A stretch of DNA of 64,000 nucleotides from Macrostomum lignano (lineage: Eukaryota): NCBI GenBank assembly GCA_002269645.1, contig NIVC01001189.1:186001-250000 (forward strand), given 5' to 3'. How positions within the stretch are numbered: position 1 is the first letter of the stretch; every line of letters starts with the position of its first letter. Of this stretch, positions 50,051-63,240 are shown piece after piece. A program made the translations under genes and the position numbers. Below the pieces are notes generated by a model, which was not told the DNA's origin, ran no database searches, and saw only the letters and a program-made list of their open reading frames with translations.

Positions 50051-51928
50051 GTGATCTATTTTTTATTGGCGTTTGTTTTCTTGCTATTTTTAAGACGAGC
50101 CACACTGCTCAGAATCCGTTTACTTTTTTGAAACTTTTTCCTTAAGTGCAGCATCCTTCATCCTTCAGTTGTCCATCAAAAGCAGCCTTCAAAACATTTT
50201 CCGAGAAACCGAGAAAGTGTCCCGACCTACTTCTAGCGGTCCTTGAGGGCATGGATGTGCTGATCAAAACAAATGACAATTTTGCTACTAAAGACAAAAT
50301 CCCAGTTATATTCAATTGTTCAAAGCAAAGCTTTTGTTCGATAGAGGATTTTGAGATACTTAGTAAGTAGTATTCTAGTAAGAGTGTATTAGTGTTCAGA
50401 GCGACAAATTATGGGTCAAACCTTTTCTGAGTATTTTTACTTCAATTCTCTCCTATTATGATAGTTCAGATGCACTTAAACCTCCTGGCTAAACCTATGT
50501 TGGTCATCATGCACTAAAGTTGCTCAGATCGTGATCTGGCTTGCTTAAAATGCCTTATTCTGTCCTTGGCCAGAGGTAAACCAAACTCAGTCCCGGGATT
50601 TCAGCTGAATAATAACTGCTCAGAGCCTCCCATGCAGCAGCCTCAGCACTATCTACACACTGCCACACAAATTCTCCTTCTTTATAGTTTGCCAATCGCA
50701 AAATTTGAAGTTAGCATGCAAATCGGTTAAACAAAAAATGAACGGCATTTTGTGAATGAACTCAAGATCGCTTGCAACCTGCTGTCAAAAGCACTTTTCT
50801 GCAATAATTTTTGCAACCTGTTAGATCTGTTTCTGCAACAAGATTGTCTTTCTTTTATCCTATTTTTACAACAAAATGAAGAAAAGCACCGGTGGGATGC
50901 TGCACTGTACCGTGTCCGTTCGGGTACTGCAGTGTCATGCTGAAGGCTTATTAGTGAAGAAAAGTTTCGCTGCTCTCGCTGCTGCTTCTAAAAGCAATTG
51001 TCCCCGACGCTCAGTCAGACTCGCAGCGCTTTGGCCGTGTTGTCCTCTGCTGGCATGCGGGCGCGAGTCAGTAAGCTGTTGCTTGGCTTCTCTGCAGTTG
51101 AGTCTGTTGAGTTTGTCCGCTCTCGGTCAGTTGTATTTGAGGCAAAAAGTGACTTTAATCCTTCCCCAAACTCCCTCAGCTTGAGGGCCTGAGGAGGTGG
51201 CTGAGAGCTCCAACAAGAGGCGGCTGCAGAGCGAGCTGTGGTTGGCTGCAGCTCCGGGATTGGGGGGAGGGGGGTAGAAAATGTCCGGGGGAAAACTTTG
51301 GGGCCCGCGGTGGCGAGTTGGCATGGCAACTAGATGAGAATGAGGCCCAAGTCAAACAGTCTTATCCCCTAATGCCTGCCCACCCGCCTTGCCCTGCAGC
51401 TTCGCCCTGCCAGGCGCATTCAGGATTCAGGTTTGCGAGGCACAAATTTGGTGACAAATATGGAGATTAAAACTGAATTAAAACTGCTTTGATATTCATG
51501 ACAATCGTGGAAGTTTAGCAGCAGAACAGGCATGAATTAGAATAAAAAGTCAAAAGAGTTATTTAAAAGCTTCTCATGCAAGTGATGCACTGAGGCATTT
51601 CTTCTGCCAGTGCAGTACCAATCAATTTTATCAGCTTATCGATTCCGGACCAAATTCTGAGAGGACCAGATCCTTTTTTTCTCTTACCTTGGTTTTATCG
51701 CTGACTCAACGCGTAGGATGCCTAAATGAGCTCTGCAGCCGGTTTCACGCCTCAGAGCCAGACTCATCGGTGCTCCATCCTATTAAGCCAATATGTTATA
51801 AAGTGCAAGACTCTTTTGTATTAATTTATAACATCGCCAAACTGCACACCGATCTTCGTTTCTCTTAACTTTTTTATCTTCAAATGTGTCTAAGAATGAG
51901 TGATCTGAAAAAATAGAAAATATCCATT

Positions 51929-53090
51929 TCTTAAGAGTATACTCCAGCTCGTTTCTAAGAAAATCGATTGAGCCGTGTTTCTAAGAGTATACTCCAGCTC
52001 GTTTCTAAGAAAATCGATTGAGCCGTGTTTCTAAGAGTATATACTCCAGCTCGTTTCTAAGAAAATCGATTGAGTCGATTGAGCCGTGTTTTTAAGAGTA
52101 TACTTCAGCTCGCTTCTAAGAAAATCGATTGAGTCGATTGAGCCGTGTTTTTAAGAGTATACTTCAGCTCGTTTCTAAGAAAATCGATTGAGCCATGTTT
52201 CTAAGAGTATACTCCAGCTAGTTTCTAAGAAAATCGATTGAGCCATGTTTCTAAGAGTATATACTCCAGCTCGTTTCTAAGAAAATCGATTGAGCCGTGT
52301 TTCTAAGAGTACGAGCGTATACTCCAGCTCGTTTCTAAGAAAATCGATTGAGCCGTGTTTCTAAGAGTATACTCCAGCTCGTTTCTAAGAAAATCGATTG
52401 AGCCATGTTTCTAAGAGTATACTCCAGCTCGTTTCTAAGAAAATCGATTGAGCCATGTTTCTAAGAGTACGAGCGTATACTCCAGCTCGTTTCTAAGAAA
52501 ATCGATTGAGCCGTGTTTCTAAGAGTATACTCCAGCTCGTTTCTAAGAAAATCGATTGAGCCGTGTTTCTAAGAGTACGAGCGTATACTCCAGCTCGTTT
52601 CTAAGAAAATCGATTGAGCCGTGTTTCTAAGAGTACGAGCGTATACTCCAGCTCGTTTCTAAGAAAATCGATTGAGCCGTGTTTTTAAGAGTATATACTC
52701 CAGCTCGTTTCTAAGAAAATCGATTGAGCCGTGTTTTTAAGAGTATATACTCCAGCTCGTTTCTAAGAAAATCGATTGAGCCGTGTTTTTAAGAGTATAT
52801 ACTTCAGCTCGTTTCTAAGAAAATCGATTGAGCCGTGTTTTTAAGAGTATACTCCAGCTCGTTTCTAAGAAAATCGATTGAGCCGTGTTTCTAAGAGTAT
52901 ACTCCAGCTCGTTTCTAAGAAAATCGATTGAGCCGTGTTTCTAAGAGTATACTCCAGCTCGTTTCTAAGAAAATCGATTGAGCCGTGTTTCTAAGAGTAT
53001 ACTCCAGCTCGTTTCTAAGAAAATCGATTGAGCCGTGTTTTTAAGAGTATACTTCAGCTAGTTTCTAAGAAAATCGATTGAGCCGTTTTT
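51929..53090. repeat. 50-bp satellite array, about 22 copies, with +2, +8 and +9 bp variants
   Basis: Unit TTCTAAGAGTATACTCCAGCTCGTTTCTAAGAAAATCGATTGAGCCGTGT. Confidence 0.95.
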
Positions 53091-54895
53091 CTACATGAAT
53101 ATTTCAGTTTTCCGTGTTATAAACTGAACATATCTGTTGTGTAAGCGGCTTGTACGCCGGTTAGGGTTCTTGCGTTCTGATTGGCTGGGGGGTGTCCATA
53201 GTCGTCTATGGGTAAAATAACTCTCAAAACAGCCAATTAAAGCGTGATAATAAAGTGTGTGATAATAAAGTCTTTGCATTGTTTTTCTATTTGACGATCC
53301 TAAAAACAATGCATTGTTTGTAGTAATGGATTGTTCTGCATTAAAAATGTGAATAATGATCGTCAAATTGCTAAACAATGGTAGATTGCGTAGTAGGTAA
53401 GGGACTGAAATAATGGCCATAGACACTTGTGAGCTACGCGCACTCGTGTTTGGCCTTACCTAGGTCTTACCTTACCTTACCTATTCATTCATCCATGTAG
53501 GTAGGCTGCAGCTTCCCACATGCATAGTTAGTCTAACTATTATAGACTTAATCGGGGAGGGGGGCGGCTGCGATCCCACTGCAGTGCAGGAAATGTTTTC
53601 GCCCGGAAACTACAGTTGGGTCAAACAGCGAGCTCCCAGGCAGGAAACTGAGGGACTAAAAAGAGTCTTCTCAATTCAAACACTGAATTCTCTGAGTGTA
53701 TACTGTGTGATGAGGACCCAGGCAGCCTCCCCAGACTGAGGAAGCCAAGTCCAGGTTCGTGCTCAGAAACAATTAGCAGCGCTGGTCATGGGCAGTGAGT
53801 ACAAGAAGCATCTGTAGCAGCGCCTCATCTCCTAACTCTCTCTCAATTCCTCCCAGCTCAGGAAGCCGCGAGTAGCCTGGTGTAGGGGAAATAAGAAATC
53901 GAAGTTTTTCTTCTCCACACGCACTCACCGCTACATATGCATGGAGCAGTACACAGGAGTCAGGCTGCCTTTCTGAAGCTCTTTGGAAGAAATTGATGAC
54001 TTACTTAAGTAGATCGTAATCGTGTGGAAGCTAAAAACATAAAACTGTTTCTTTAAGCTAACTCAGACTGCAGACTAACTACTCAATCTATTCAGTAGCA
54101 TGATGGGTATATTCCTTAAGCTATGACGGCAGTGAAACTGAGAAAATTTCAAGGCTATGGGGTCAAACTAAAACTCGATTTTTAAAACAGCCGCCAGAGA
54201 AAGAAGCAGAGTCAAAAATCGAATTCTAAATGGGGGAGCAGCGAGGGAGGCAACCCTTCTTGTTCAAAGTATTTTATTATTGAAAGTGAAAGCGCAACGA
54301 AAAACAAGGGGATTTAATTGAGGGAAACAAGGAAGCTGAGAGTTGCGGGCCCTTTTGTTGCCACGAATTCAACTAAATTTCACAAAGAAGCTTGGCTTTT
54401 TTGGCGGAGGCGCAGCGCTTGGCCGACAAACAAGTTAAATTCCAAACTGGCTCGGGTTTTCGACTGAGTGCGTTTTGCAGATTTTAAAGCATAGTGAAAT
54501 TCTCACAGAGAAAATGTTAAAGAAACAGCTATATAGGTATTTAGAGAAGACAGGCGCAAAGTTGCTGGGCAAAGAGGGACCCAATACAATTTACCAACAC
54601 TAGACTGTTGCTAAGAAAATCAATCAGACGGTTTGGGGGATTCAAAGAATAACAAGGGACAGACGGGAGGACAATGAAGCGAAAGCGGCAAAATTAATTG
54701 TCTTGCTTAACTTTTTGCAGAAAACTCAAACGCTCAAACAAAGAACTAGCGTACGGAGATACCAAAAAGCAAATCTAGACCGGTTGTGCCCGCTCGAGTG
54801 TTCGGCTTCCTTTTTAAACTGCATTGTTTAAGGACACTGAGTTATAGTCCACTTCTTTCTACCTTGTCGCTGTAATGAGCGACTCGATTTTGTCC

Positions 54896-56263
54896 TCAGT
54901 TGAGCACAGCGGGAGCGGCCTGGCCGGGGCTCGTCAGCATCGCCAGTCCCGCCTTGCCTCCGTTGGTTGAGGTGCCACCGGCCGCGGCAGCTGCGGCGGC
55001 GGCGGCAGCAGCAGCGGCTGCAGCAGCGGCCGACGCTGGCTTCGGGCTGCCACCTCCACCGGACGACTTGAAAGACACCTGCAGGGTCCGGTTGCCCACT
55101 GTGTAGCCGTTGAGCGATTGAATGGCCAGCAGGGCCTCTTCGTAGTTGCTCATGGTGACAAAGCCGAAGCCGCGGCACTTGCTGGTGCTGGGATCGCGGA
55201 TCACCTTCACCGTCTGGACCGCGCCGAACGGACCAAACAGCTCCCAGAGGATGCGGTCCTCGGTCTCCGGCGCCAGGTTATAGACGAATATGCACCAACC
55301 GCCGCTGGGCGTCATTCCGCCGTTTTGAGCCACCACAGTCTGCGCCAGCAGGGCATGGTTTTGAATGCCTCCCGTGTTCGACATCAGGTCGCCAATGTTG
55401 TTCATGCCGCTGTTCATGTGGTGGCCCTGGTACGACTTGATGTAGTTGCGGGACAGAGCGGCCAGTTGCTGGATCGGGCTGGAGATTTTGGCGGCCGCTG
55501 CAGCAGCCGGTGACGGAATGTTGCACTGCTTGAGGAAGCTGTTCACCAGGCTGCTGCCCTCCTGCCTGGCAGCGCTGGGACTGTTAGCAAACTTCACCGT
55601 GATGGCCTCGCCGCCTTCTTCCGGCTCGAAACCGTTCAACCGTTTGATGGCGTCCTCTGCCTCGCTGCGCTGGTCGAACCGGATGAATGCGACGCCGCGC
55701 GACAGGCCGGTCTTGTTGTCGTACAGAATGCGCAGCGTGATGATCTTGCCGCACTGGTTGAACAGCCGCTCCAGCTCGTCCTGAGTCATCTTCTTGGGCA
55801 GGCCGCAGATGTACAGGTTGGCCCCCTTGATCGCTTCGGAGCTGGGACGGGCGAGAGACACCTTGATCGTCTTATTCTGCAGTCTCAGACCGTTCAACGT
55901 CTTGATGGCCTTGTCGGCCTCCTTGGGCTGCATGTACTTGACGAAGGCGTAGCCAAGGCTCTCTCCCGTGGTACGATCGCGCACCAGCTTGCAGCTTTCA
56001 ACCTCGCCGATGCTAGTGAAGAGGGCGCGCACGTCCTCCTGCGACATGGCCGGCGGCAGATAGTTGACGATTAGGTTGGTGCGGTTCTCTGCGGATGCGT
56101 GGTACGACGAGGCGATAGCGTTATCTTGGGACTCGTCAGATCCAGCTGGGGAGATCTTCCCAACCCGATCCCCGGCTCCTGGCAAGCAGTTCAACCTACC
56201 GCTGTCGGTGATGCCGCAGGAAGAGTTATTCGTGTCCTTTCCCAGCATATCGCTCGACGTCAT
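54896..56263 (-). CDS. elav: ELAV/Hu-family RNA-binding protein, 455 aa, three RRMs, intronless CDS
   Basis: RRM1 TNLIVNYLP...SLGYAFVKY; RRM2 ANLYICGLP...[10 protein letters not shown]; hinge; RRM3 GWCIFVYNL...CRGFGFVTM...LQVSFK. Confidence 0.96.
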   Translation of the reverse strand: MTSSDMLGKDTNNSSCGITDSGRLNCLPGAGDRVGKISPAGSDESQDNAIASSYHASAENRTNLIVNYLPPAMSQEDVRALFTSIGEVESCKLVRDRTTGESLGYAFVKYMQPKEADKAIKTLNGLRLQNKTIKVSLARPSSEAIKGANLYICGLPKKMTQDELERLFNQCGKIITLRILYDNKTGLSRGVAFIRFDQRSEAEDAIKRLNGFEPEEGGEAITVKFANSPSAARQEGSSLVNSFLKQCNIPSPAAAAAAKISSPIQQLAALSRNYIKSYQGHHMNSGMNNIGDLMSNTGGIQNHALLAQTVVAQNGGMTPSGGWCIFVYNLAPETEDRILWELFGPFGAVQTVKVIRDPSTSKCRGFGFVTMSNYEEALLAIQSLNGYTVGNRTLQVSFKSSGGGGSPKPASAAAAAAAAAAAAAAAAAGGTSTNGGKAGLAMLTSPGQAAPAVLN

Positions 56264-56851
56264 GTCTGGCAGTTCGGTTCAGTTTGGTTGCCAACGGTGA
56301 TGTGCGCGGCCCAAGTGTAGAAAAAATGACGCGAATATTAGAAAGTGCAGCGGCCAAGCAGAGACTTTTAAAAGCTTGCTACAGCTTGAGAGAAGAAGTC
56401 GCTCAGTAAGCCTAGAGCCTACTGTACTAGAGCGTAGCTTATTCCATAAACTGAAGGCTTGGCTGTTGTGTTGTCTATGGCCGAGAGCGGCTAGCAGGCT
56501 AGCAGCTGCCCAGCGCTGTGGCATCTTGATCCGATTTGTACTAATAGAGCTTTTTTATTATGTTGGCTGAATCTTTAAAACTAAAAGGCAAATGTGCAGT
56601 GAATTTTTCATATTCTCCCAGCAGATGATTATATGTTCTTATTTTTCACTTTTTCGTTATTTTTCTACACTTACTAACTGAGATGCGCTGACAGCATGCC
56701 ATGAATCAAATCAGAGGTAGTAAAATACATGTAATCATGTAGCTCTTAAACCCCGGAGCCAATCAAATTCGAGAAAGAAAAATATATTTAAGGCTTGAAA
56801 TCTAAGAGATTAAGAAATTTCCAAAGGGAGCATATCAAACGGGACATAACC

Positions 56852-58489
56852 ATGAATTCCCAGCGTCATAATGCCAGTAACAACAGCATTGCGCTTCCTT
56901 CCATCACCCCGCAGCTGGAGAACGACATCAATAGGCGGGTACTTCAGAGCCTGCTCTCCTTGAGCTGCTTTTCCGGGCTCCTGCTGCTCTACTGCCTGTA
57001 CTCGCTGAGCCGCGAACAGTTCCAGCGGTACCGCCTCGGCTGCGTGCTGCTGATTCGCTGGAACTGCATCGCCGACCTCGTCTGCCTGGTGAGCCGGGCC
57101 GCGTTCGCCCAGGCGTACAGGTTCGTCGACCCCCTTCTGGTCGGGCACAAACCAGCTAGCTGGTTGTGCAAGTTCTACCACTTCTTTGAAGGACTCACCG
57201 CCTGCTGCCAGGTGTGGCTGCTGGCTCTGCTGGCGATGGAACGGGCCGCTATAAGCGTTAATCCGCGCTTCGGCCTACGCTGGTTCAGCCGTCTGAACTT
57301 GCGCATCGGCTGCGTGCTGGCCGGCTTGATGGCGGTGGCCGCCTACCACAACTACGTGTGGATGTTCAGCATCATCGAGTTAGTGGAGCTCCGGGCCGTT
57401 GTGAACCACAGCGCCGACAGTTCCAAGTGGACACTTATCTACGTGTGCGGCGTGTCCTCTGGCTTTCATGACGTTTACCAGGTCAGCCGATTTTTTGACG
57501 TTACACAGCCGCACATTCCAGTTATTTGCTCACGCCTTCCCTGTTTTCCAAAATGTGATTTTTTCTTAGGCTTCTGTGTCTGTATCGACTCAGATATATG
57601 GCTCATCTATTGAAACCAGGATACTTGCTACAAGTGAAAAGCACTTGGGAGTGTCTGAATCAGTCAATCACACCAAGGACTGATAATACGAAAACTATCC
57701 AATAGAAAACTTATTGGGGATTTAAGCTAGATAAGTTCACATTTTAGGGGGGGAGGCAAGTAGTCGGGAAGCGTCCGCAAACGGGAGCGCGAACCCACGG
57801 TAACTTGATGCCAGAATCAGATCAGACTCAAAGCTACTCTCGGCCTACCTTGCCACCCACAGGTGATCATGGGACTGGAAATCTTCTGCAACACGTTCTC
57901 GGCCGGCCTGATCTCCGCCTGCTGCACCGCCGTTGTCGCCTACCGCCTCGTTCGCGGTTGCAACGGCGGCGGCACCGGCGCCCTGACGAATCGAAACGGC
58001 AACCAGCGGCTGAGTCGGCTGTCCTGCTCGGCCAGGTGGCTCCGGTCGGCCGATCTAGACGAATTCAACCTGCAGGTGAAGCTGCTTCAGCTCTGCTTGG
58101 CCGTCTTCTGCTATCCGCCTCTGATGGTCACCGGCCTGGTGAGGACTTACTCGTTTTGCACTCGCTCGGAGCTGTCGCAGGCGCTGCATTTCTACCTGGA
58201 AATGATGATCCAGCCGATGAAAAACATCCTAAGCTCGGTGGCTTTCACGGCTTTTATAGTCGGCCATCGGCTTTGGCCGATCAACAGCGCCATCAACAGC
58301 ACTACAACAGCGCCATCAACAGCACTACAACAGCGCCATCAACAGCACTACAACAGCGCCATCAACAGCACTACAACAGCGCCATCAACAGCACTACAAC
58401 AGCGCCGCAGAACCAGACAGCAAAAATTACCCTCGTCCCTCCTAACTACCGAATTAAGAACCGGCTCATGCATACTCATCTTCAAGTAG
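56852..58489 (+). CDS. Orphan class A (rhodopsin-like) GPCR, about 418 aa, two exons
   Basis: Exon 1 is 56852-57481 (donor CAG|GTCAGC) and exon 2 is 57863-58489 (acceptor CACAG|), phase 0. N-glycosylation sites in the N-terminus, TM2 IADL, TM3 WLCKFY...AMERA (DRY equivalent), an ECL2 Cys, and seven hydrophobic segments. Confidence 0.8.
58292..58406 (+). repeat. Five exact 23-bp repeats inside the GPCR C-terminal tail
   Basis: ATCAACAGCACTACAACAGCGCC x5. Confidence 0.95.
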
Positions 58490-58624
58490 ACAAACAGAAG
58501 TTTGTTGTGGTTCAGCAATATGATATATAAATTTATCGACCTGTTGTGATCGATCGTTGTTTTCGTCTGTAAAATGCGATATCTAATCGGATCCTGGCTT
58601 TAAAAAAATCTAAAAAACTGCGGC

Positions 58625-58855
<231 letters not shown>

Positions 58856-61800
58856 TAGAAATCTGATCGAACTTAGTTATCATCGTATTCAGCACACCTT
58901 ATCATTTCTTGCGAATTTTTGTCAATGAGAAAAATATTTCTTTGCTGCGTTGGCGATGGATGGGCTTCTGACGGATTTAAAGACTTTAATCAAGAATTAA
59001 CACGAATGCGAGCTCCAGTAAATCCTTGTTCCTTAGTTGACAGACAGCCTACATGTATATAATTGCTACAGACAGCAGGTTATTACAAGGCCGTTCGATC
59101 GAATCAAAAATCCGATTCTGCAATAAACTATAGCTAGAGCGATATCGAGAGTTCAATTTCAAGCTGGCAATACACCTTCCACGAGGTGATCGGGGCACCC
59201 GGCCTGTTAAACATACCTCATGCGCTTCATCAGCCATGGCCAGCAGCTGAGCCAACTGCTCCCGCCTTTGTCCCCGCTACAGTCTCGGGAGTCTGCCTGC
59301 AACTTGGCACATCCAATGGTCGTCCACGCGACAATCCACCGTCCGTGGCAGCACAGATGGGCCAGCATCTCAAGTTTGCCCACCAGAAACTCAATGATTC
59401 AATCCGCTGCAGTTCAATTGGAACAGGTAGGATTTTGCGTCCTGCCTGCACCTGCTCACGTTGGATAACAAAGAATTGAACTCGAAGCATGGTTTTTCTG
59501 GGCCCAGGCTGCTGCAGTCTACAGACCAGCCGAGGCAATGACCATGCCTTTAGGCCCGCAGATGCGGGCGACAGAAAAGTGAAGCCATGGCGCCTACACT
59601 GTCTCTCCTTTTATTTAAAACACTGCAGAACAGGCGCGTAGGAACGGAAACTCTTATAAGCTACATAGAACAAATGCGAATTACGCAGCTAGTTTTAGGT
59701 GCAGCCGTCCTTCGCAAATATGACTGCATTTTATGCAGCTCATATCCCTCCGTGGTTGAAAAAACTTCGACACCTCGAAGTATGGTTTAAAGTTGAACCG
59801 TGCTTGAGAATACTAGCCATGAGTAAAGTAATGTTGGACTCCTCCAGCCAGGTCGCTACCATTCCTCAGTTCGCGCTGCCATAAGGGGGTCAGCCTCGAA
59901 GTCCTCCACCTCGGAGACGGGCATGCAGTCCTCGTGAGGTATCTTAAGTAGCTTGACTGGCATGTCCATTGCATGCATAGATCGTGCTCCGGTCTTCCTG
60001 CCGGATGCACCGCAGATTTCCCTCACAGTCTTCTTGCTGTGGGGAGGCGACTCTTGGCCTTTGGGCCGAAACACTGCTCCGCTTTTGAGACGCATCGCCT
60101 CTCAGGGCAGGAAACTTGATCTGCATGCCGGCTGCCGAGACAGTGACGCCGGGGCTGACTCTCTTCTTGTCGATCCATCCGAACGCCTTTTGAACACGCG
60201 TCAGTTGGGGCGGCGGCTGCACCGTGGTGGCAGTTGAACTGAACCACCGTTGTGACCTAATGCCGTCTAGCACGCCAACAACAATGTCTTCTGGTCGCCG
60301 GATCTCGATTTGCTGATGTTGTGCTGTCCTTTAACCGGCTTCTATTCAACCCTCTGTTATCCTTCGTGACAGGAACTTCGTCTAGCAGTCTCACGCGGTC
60401 AGGGAACCATTGAACAGGTAATATTAGCCTAAAGAGAAAGAAAAATGGTTGAATAGGTTAGTCTCGAGCTTTCCTGAGTCGATCCCGACCGAACCATGCA
60501 ATGCGCTCACTGAAGGGGTAGATTTGGCTCGCGCGCAATATTGCCTTACCACCTAGTTTGTGGTCACCTTGTGTGCCACTTTCGGAAGTACCTCTTTAAT
60601 ATAAAGTTTCTGTGGCCAAAATATTAAACAAAATTTATTTATTTAAACAAATATTTTATTGACTGGTTGAAAAATGTGACTTCAAGAGTCAACTGGCCAC
60701 TGTCCCACTAAATTAATGACATGCATGTCCAAATTATAAATAATTCAATAATATACCTAGGTGCTGTGTCAGCTTTTGCTGAATTATGCGCCAGACATAC
60801 ATGTAATAATTGGGCAGCTATCAAGACTATCCTGGCAAAGTCCCTCTAAATAACTTTTTAGCGTGGTCGCCAAATATACGGGTCTAGCCGGCCGCTAACT
60901 AGAACCTTACATATGAGTAATTATAACTCAAACGAGGTAGAATATGCTTAGATGGTATAGTTTCCGATTAAGCATATAATTATATTTAATAACTGTGTTT
61001 TTTAACGTTTGTATAAATAAGTAAGCTACAAGCAGGGAGAAAAAAGTCTGAGACACAACGGTATAACTAAGCTACTTGAATGCTCTTATGCTCCTATACG
61101 CTCTTATAGGCGTAATATCTTACGCCTATCTACTTGGTCTGAGACCAAAAAGCCAATATATATTCATAAATCCATAGTAATGGCAGTGCTCAGTCTTACC
61201 CTCCGTTCACAGCTGGTTTCTGCAGAAGCGGTCGGTACGATTTACAAACTAGTTTAAGCAATTCAGAAGTTAGTAGAGAAAGTGAAAAGAGTAAAGATTA
61301 GACATTTAAGCCCTCGCTTATTTATAGTAAATTTCCCCGATGAAGTCCCTGTGAAACTGTCTGCGTTATCACTTCCCACGTCTTCCAGATATCGTCGCAA
61401 TTACATTCCGGCCGATTCTCACGGTCTCCCTGTCTCGTGCGACTTCTGAAGTGTCTGTTTAAAAATGTAATTGAACCCCACCCCACATAAAGGCATTCAA
61501 CCCCTTTAAAGTGGAAGCAGATTTTTAGGGCGGCCTGCACTCGCCCCTTTGAAATGCCTGCACTCGCTCCAGATTGCCGTCCTCGAGCGCTTGTGGCTTT
61601 TTGTAAGAGTGCAGCTGTCCACAACTGCTACACTCCACCATGCTCTGATAACAATGCAATTCCCAAATTTCCTAGCCTAAGTCTAAGTCCTATTCCTAAT
61701 AGTTCCTACGATAGTCCCTAAATGACAGTTGATTACCATCCTTATAGATGCATGGGGCCGCGGGGACAATTTCACACGTCGAAAGCGTGTAGCCCCCATC

Positions 61801-62054
61801 CCCTGTGGCGACTCTCCCGGATAAGTCTATTATGGGATCTGTTTGCAATTGCAATAGCCTATACTGAACCGTAATTGACTTTTGATAGATTTTTCGCTCA
61901 ACGCCAACTACATGTATAGTACATGCAATGATCAAGCGCCGCGAGCAGGCTGTTTTGACTTATACGCTCGCTATTAGTTCTACAGAAACCACTACCGGGG
62001 TATGTGCAACGACGACTTTTACGGCTTCTTAAACTAGTTCTTAGATTATACTAT

Positions 62055-62313
62055 GGGCCTTTTCATATTACCAATTCCAGAACCAGAATCGGTTCGAAAT
62101 TCCAAGAAAAACAGCAGTATAACTATTTAACTCTGTTAATATTTGACTGCCTTAACAACCTCACTAAGTACAATTTTCACTTTCTTCTTGGCGATTGTCA
62201 TTCAATAATAAAAACTTTATAGCACGTATCTCCCTCTAGTTATGGAGACAAAAAGTTATACTTCACAAATTGGTTCTGGTTCTGGAACCAGAACAAGCAA
62301 TATGAAAAGGCCC
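62055..62313. mobile_element. MITE, PIF/Harbinger (Tourist)-like
   Basis: 15-bp perfect TIRs GGGCCTTTTCATATT, subterminal TTCCAGAACCAGAA at both ends, 3-bp TSD TAT. Confidence 0.75.
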
Positions 62314-62605
62314 TATGAAAGAGATCTGTCAAAATGGTTTATGCTCCATCACAAATTTAAGGACCCCTATCTTCGACAAGAGAAAGCCTCTCATAGTGAC
62401 AAAACTAAGTCAAAAATGAATGAAAAAAGAATATTTATTTAGTGGGTTTTATAAAGATTATTGATATGAGAGACCACGGAGCTTTCTTATTTGTTTAAAC
62501 ACATGCGTGACGGATGCATAGTTATTTAAATGTAATGTCATTTTTCTTCTAGTACGTACCCTGAGCTCTGCTCATCTGCTCTGCTCTGCCTTTCGGCGCA
62601 TGTGA

Positions 62606-63240
62606 CTAAGATGGCCACACACCAAGATGGCCACACTCTAAATGTCTAAATAGATAATAATAAGGCTAGGTATATATATTTCACTCATTTCCTCTTGGTA
62701 GTAATTAGAGAGATAGATGTAATACTAATAGAATTGTATAATATTACAGGGCCTAGGCCCTAGGCCCTAATCATTCCGGATATTCCCTTTGGCCTTAGCT
62801 TTTATTGTAGCCTGACCTAGGGACCTATAGATATTTATCCACTATATAAAGCAAGTAACCTAACACAAAATAAATACCTTATTGCATATTTATCCCAACT
62901 TTTTGCATAGCTAGTATTATCACTAGCAATGGTTTCTTGATAAACTGATAGTGATAGATTTTATAGATGTAATTATAGAGAATAAGCCTAAATTGGCACA
63001 AACACTAAAAAAGATTTAAGTTTTTGTATCATAGGTAATTAGTTTCAAATCTATTATTGTATCAGTATTTTTATAAATATAATTGATTAAACATTAGGCC
63101 CTACGCCCTATGCCGGCTATAATTAATATAACAATAGCCTATATTGCTAATTAGGTAATGATAGAAAAAGAGTAGATATGAGTAGATAATATTGAGTAGA
63201 GATTCAATATTGTGGGCATCTTAGTGTGTGGCCATCTTGG
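62606..63240. mobile_element. Probable MITE or foldback element with doubled AAGATGGCCACAC inverted ends
   Basis: The left end CTAAGATGGCCACACACCAAGATGGCCACAC mirrors the reverse complement of the right end, CCAAGATGGCCACACACTAAGATGCCCAC. The interior is AT-rich. TSD not resolved. Confidence 0.5.

Noticed and set aside
48738-51330. Short ORFs and isolated splice-like sites
   Set aside because: Could be 5' exons of a neighbouring gene, but no consistent model could be built.
54845-54896. Stop-codon readthrough of ELAV
   Set aside because: TGA is followed by G, not the CTA(G) context; the 17-codon extension has no features.
59050-60300. Decayed coding-like region
   Set aside because: Many stops and no identifiable domain; probably a TE relic, not assignable by eye.
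61322-61935. Faint resemblance of DGNQLSFRDY to Polinton capsid C-termini
   Set aside because: Only a few residues match and stops follow immediately.
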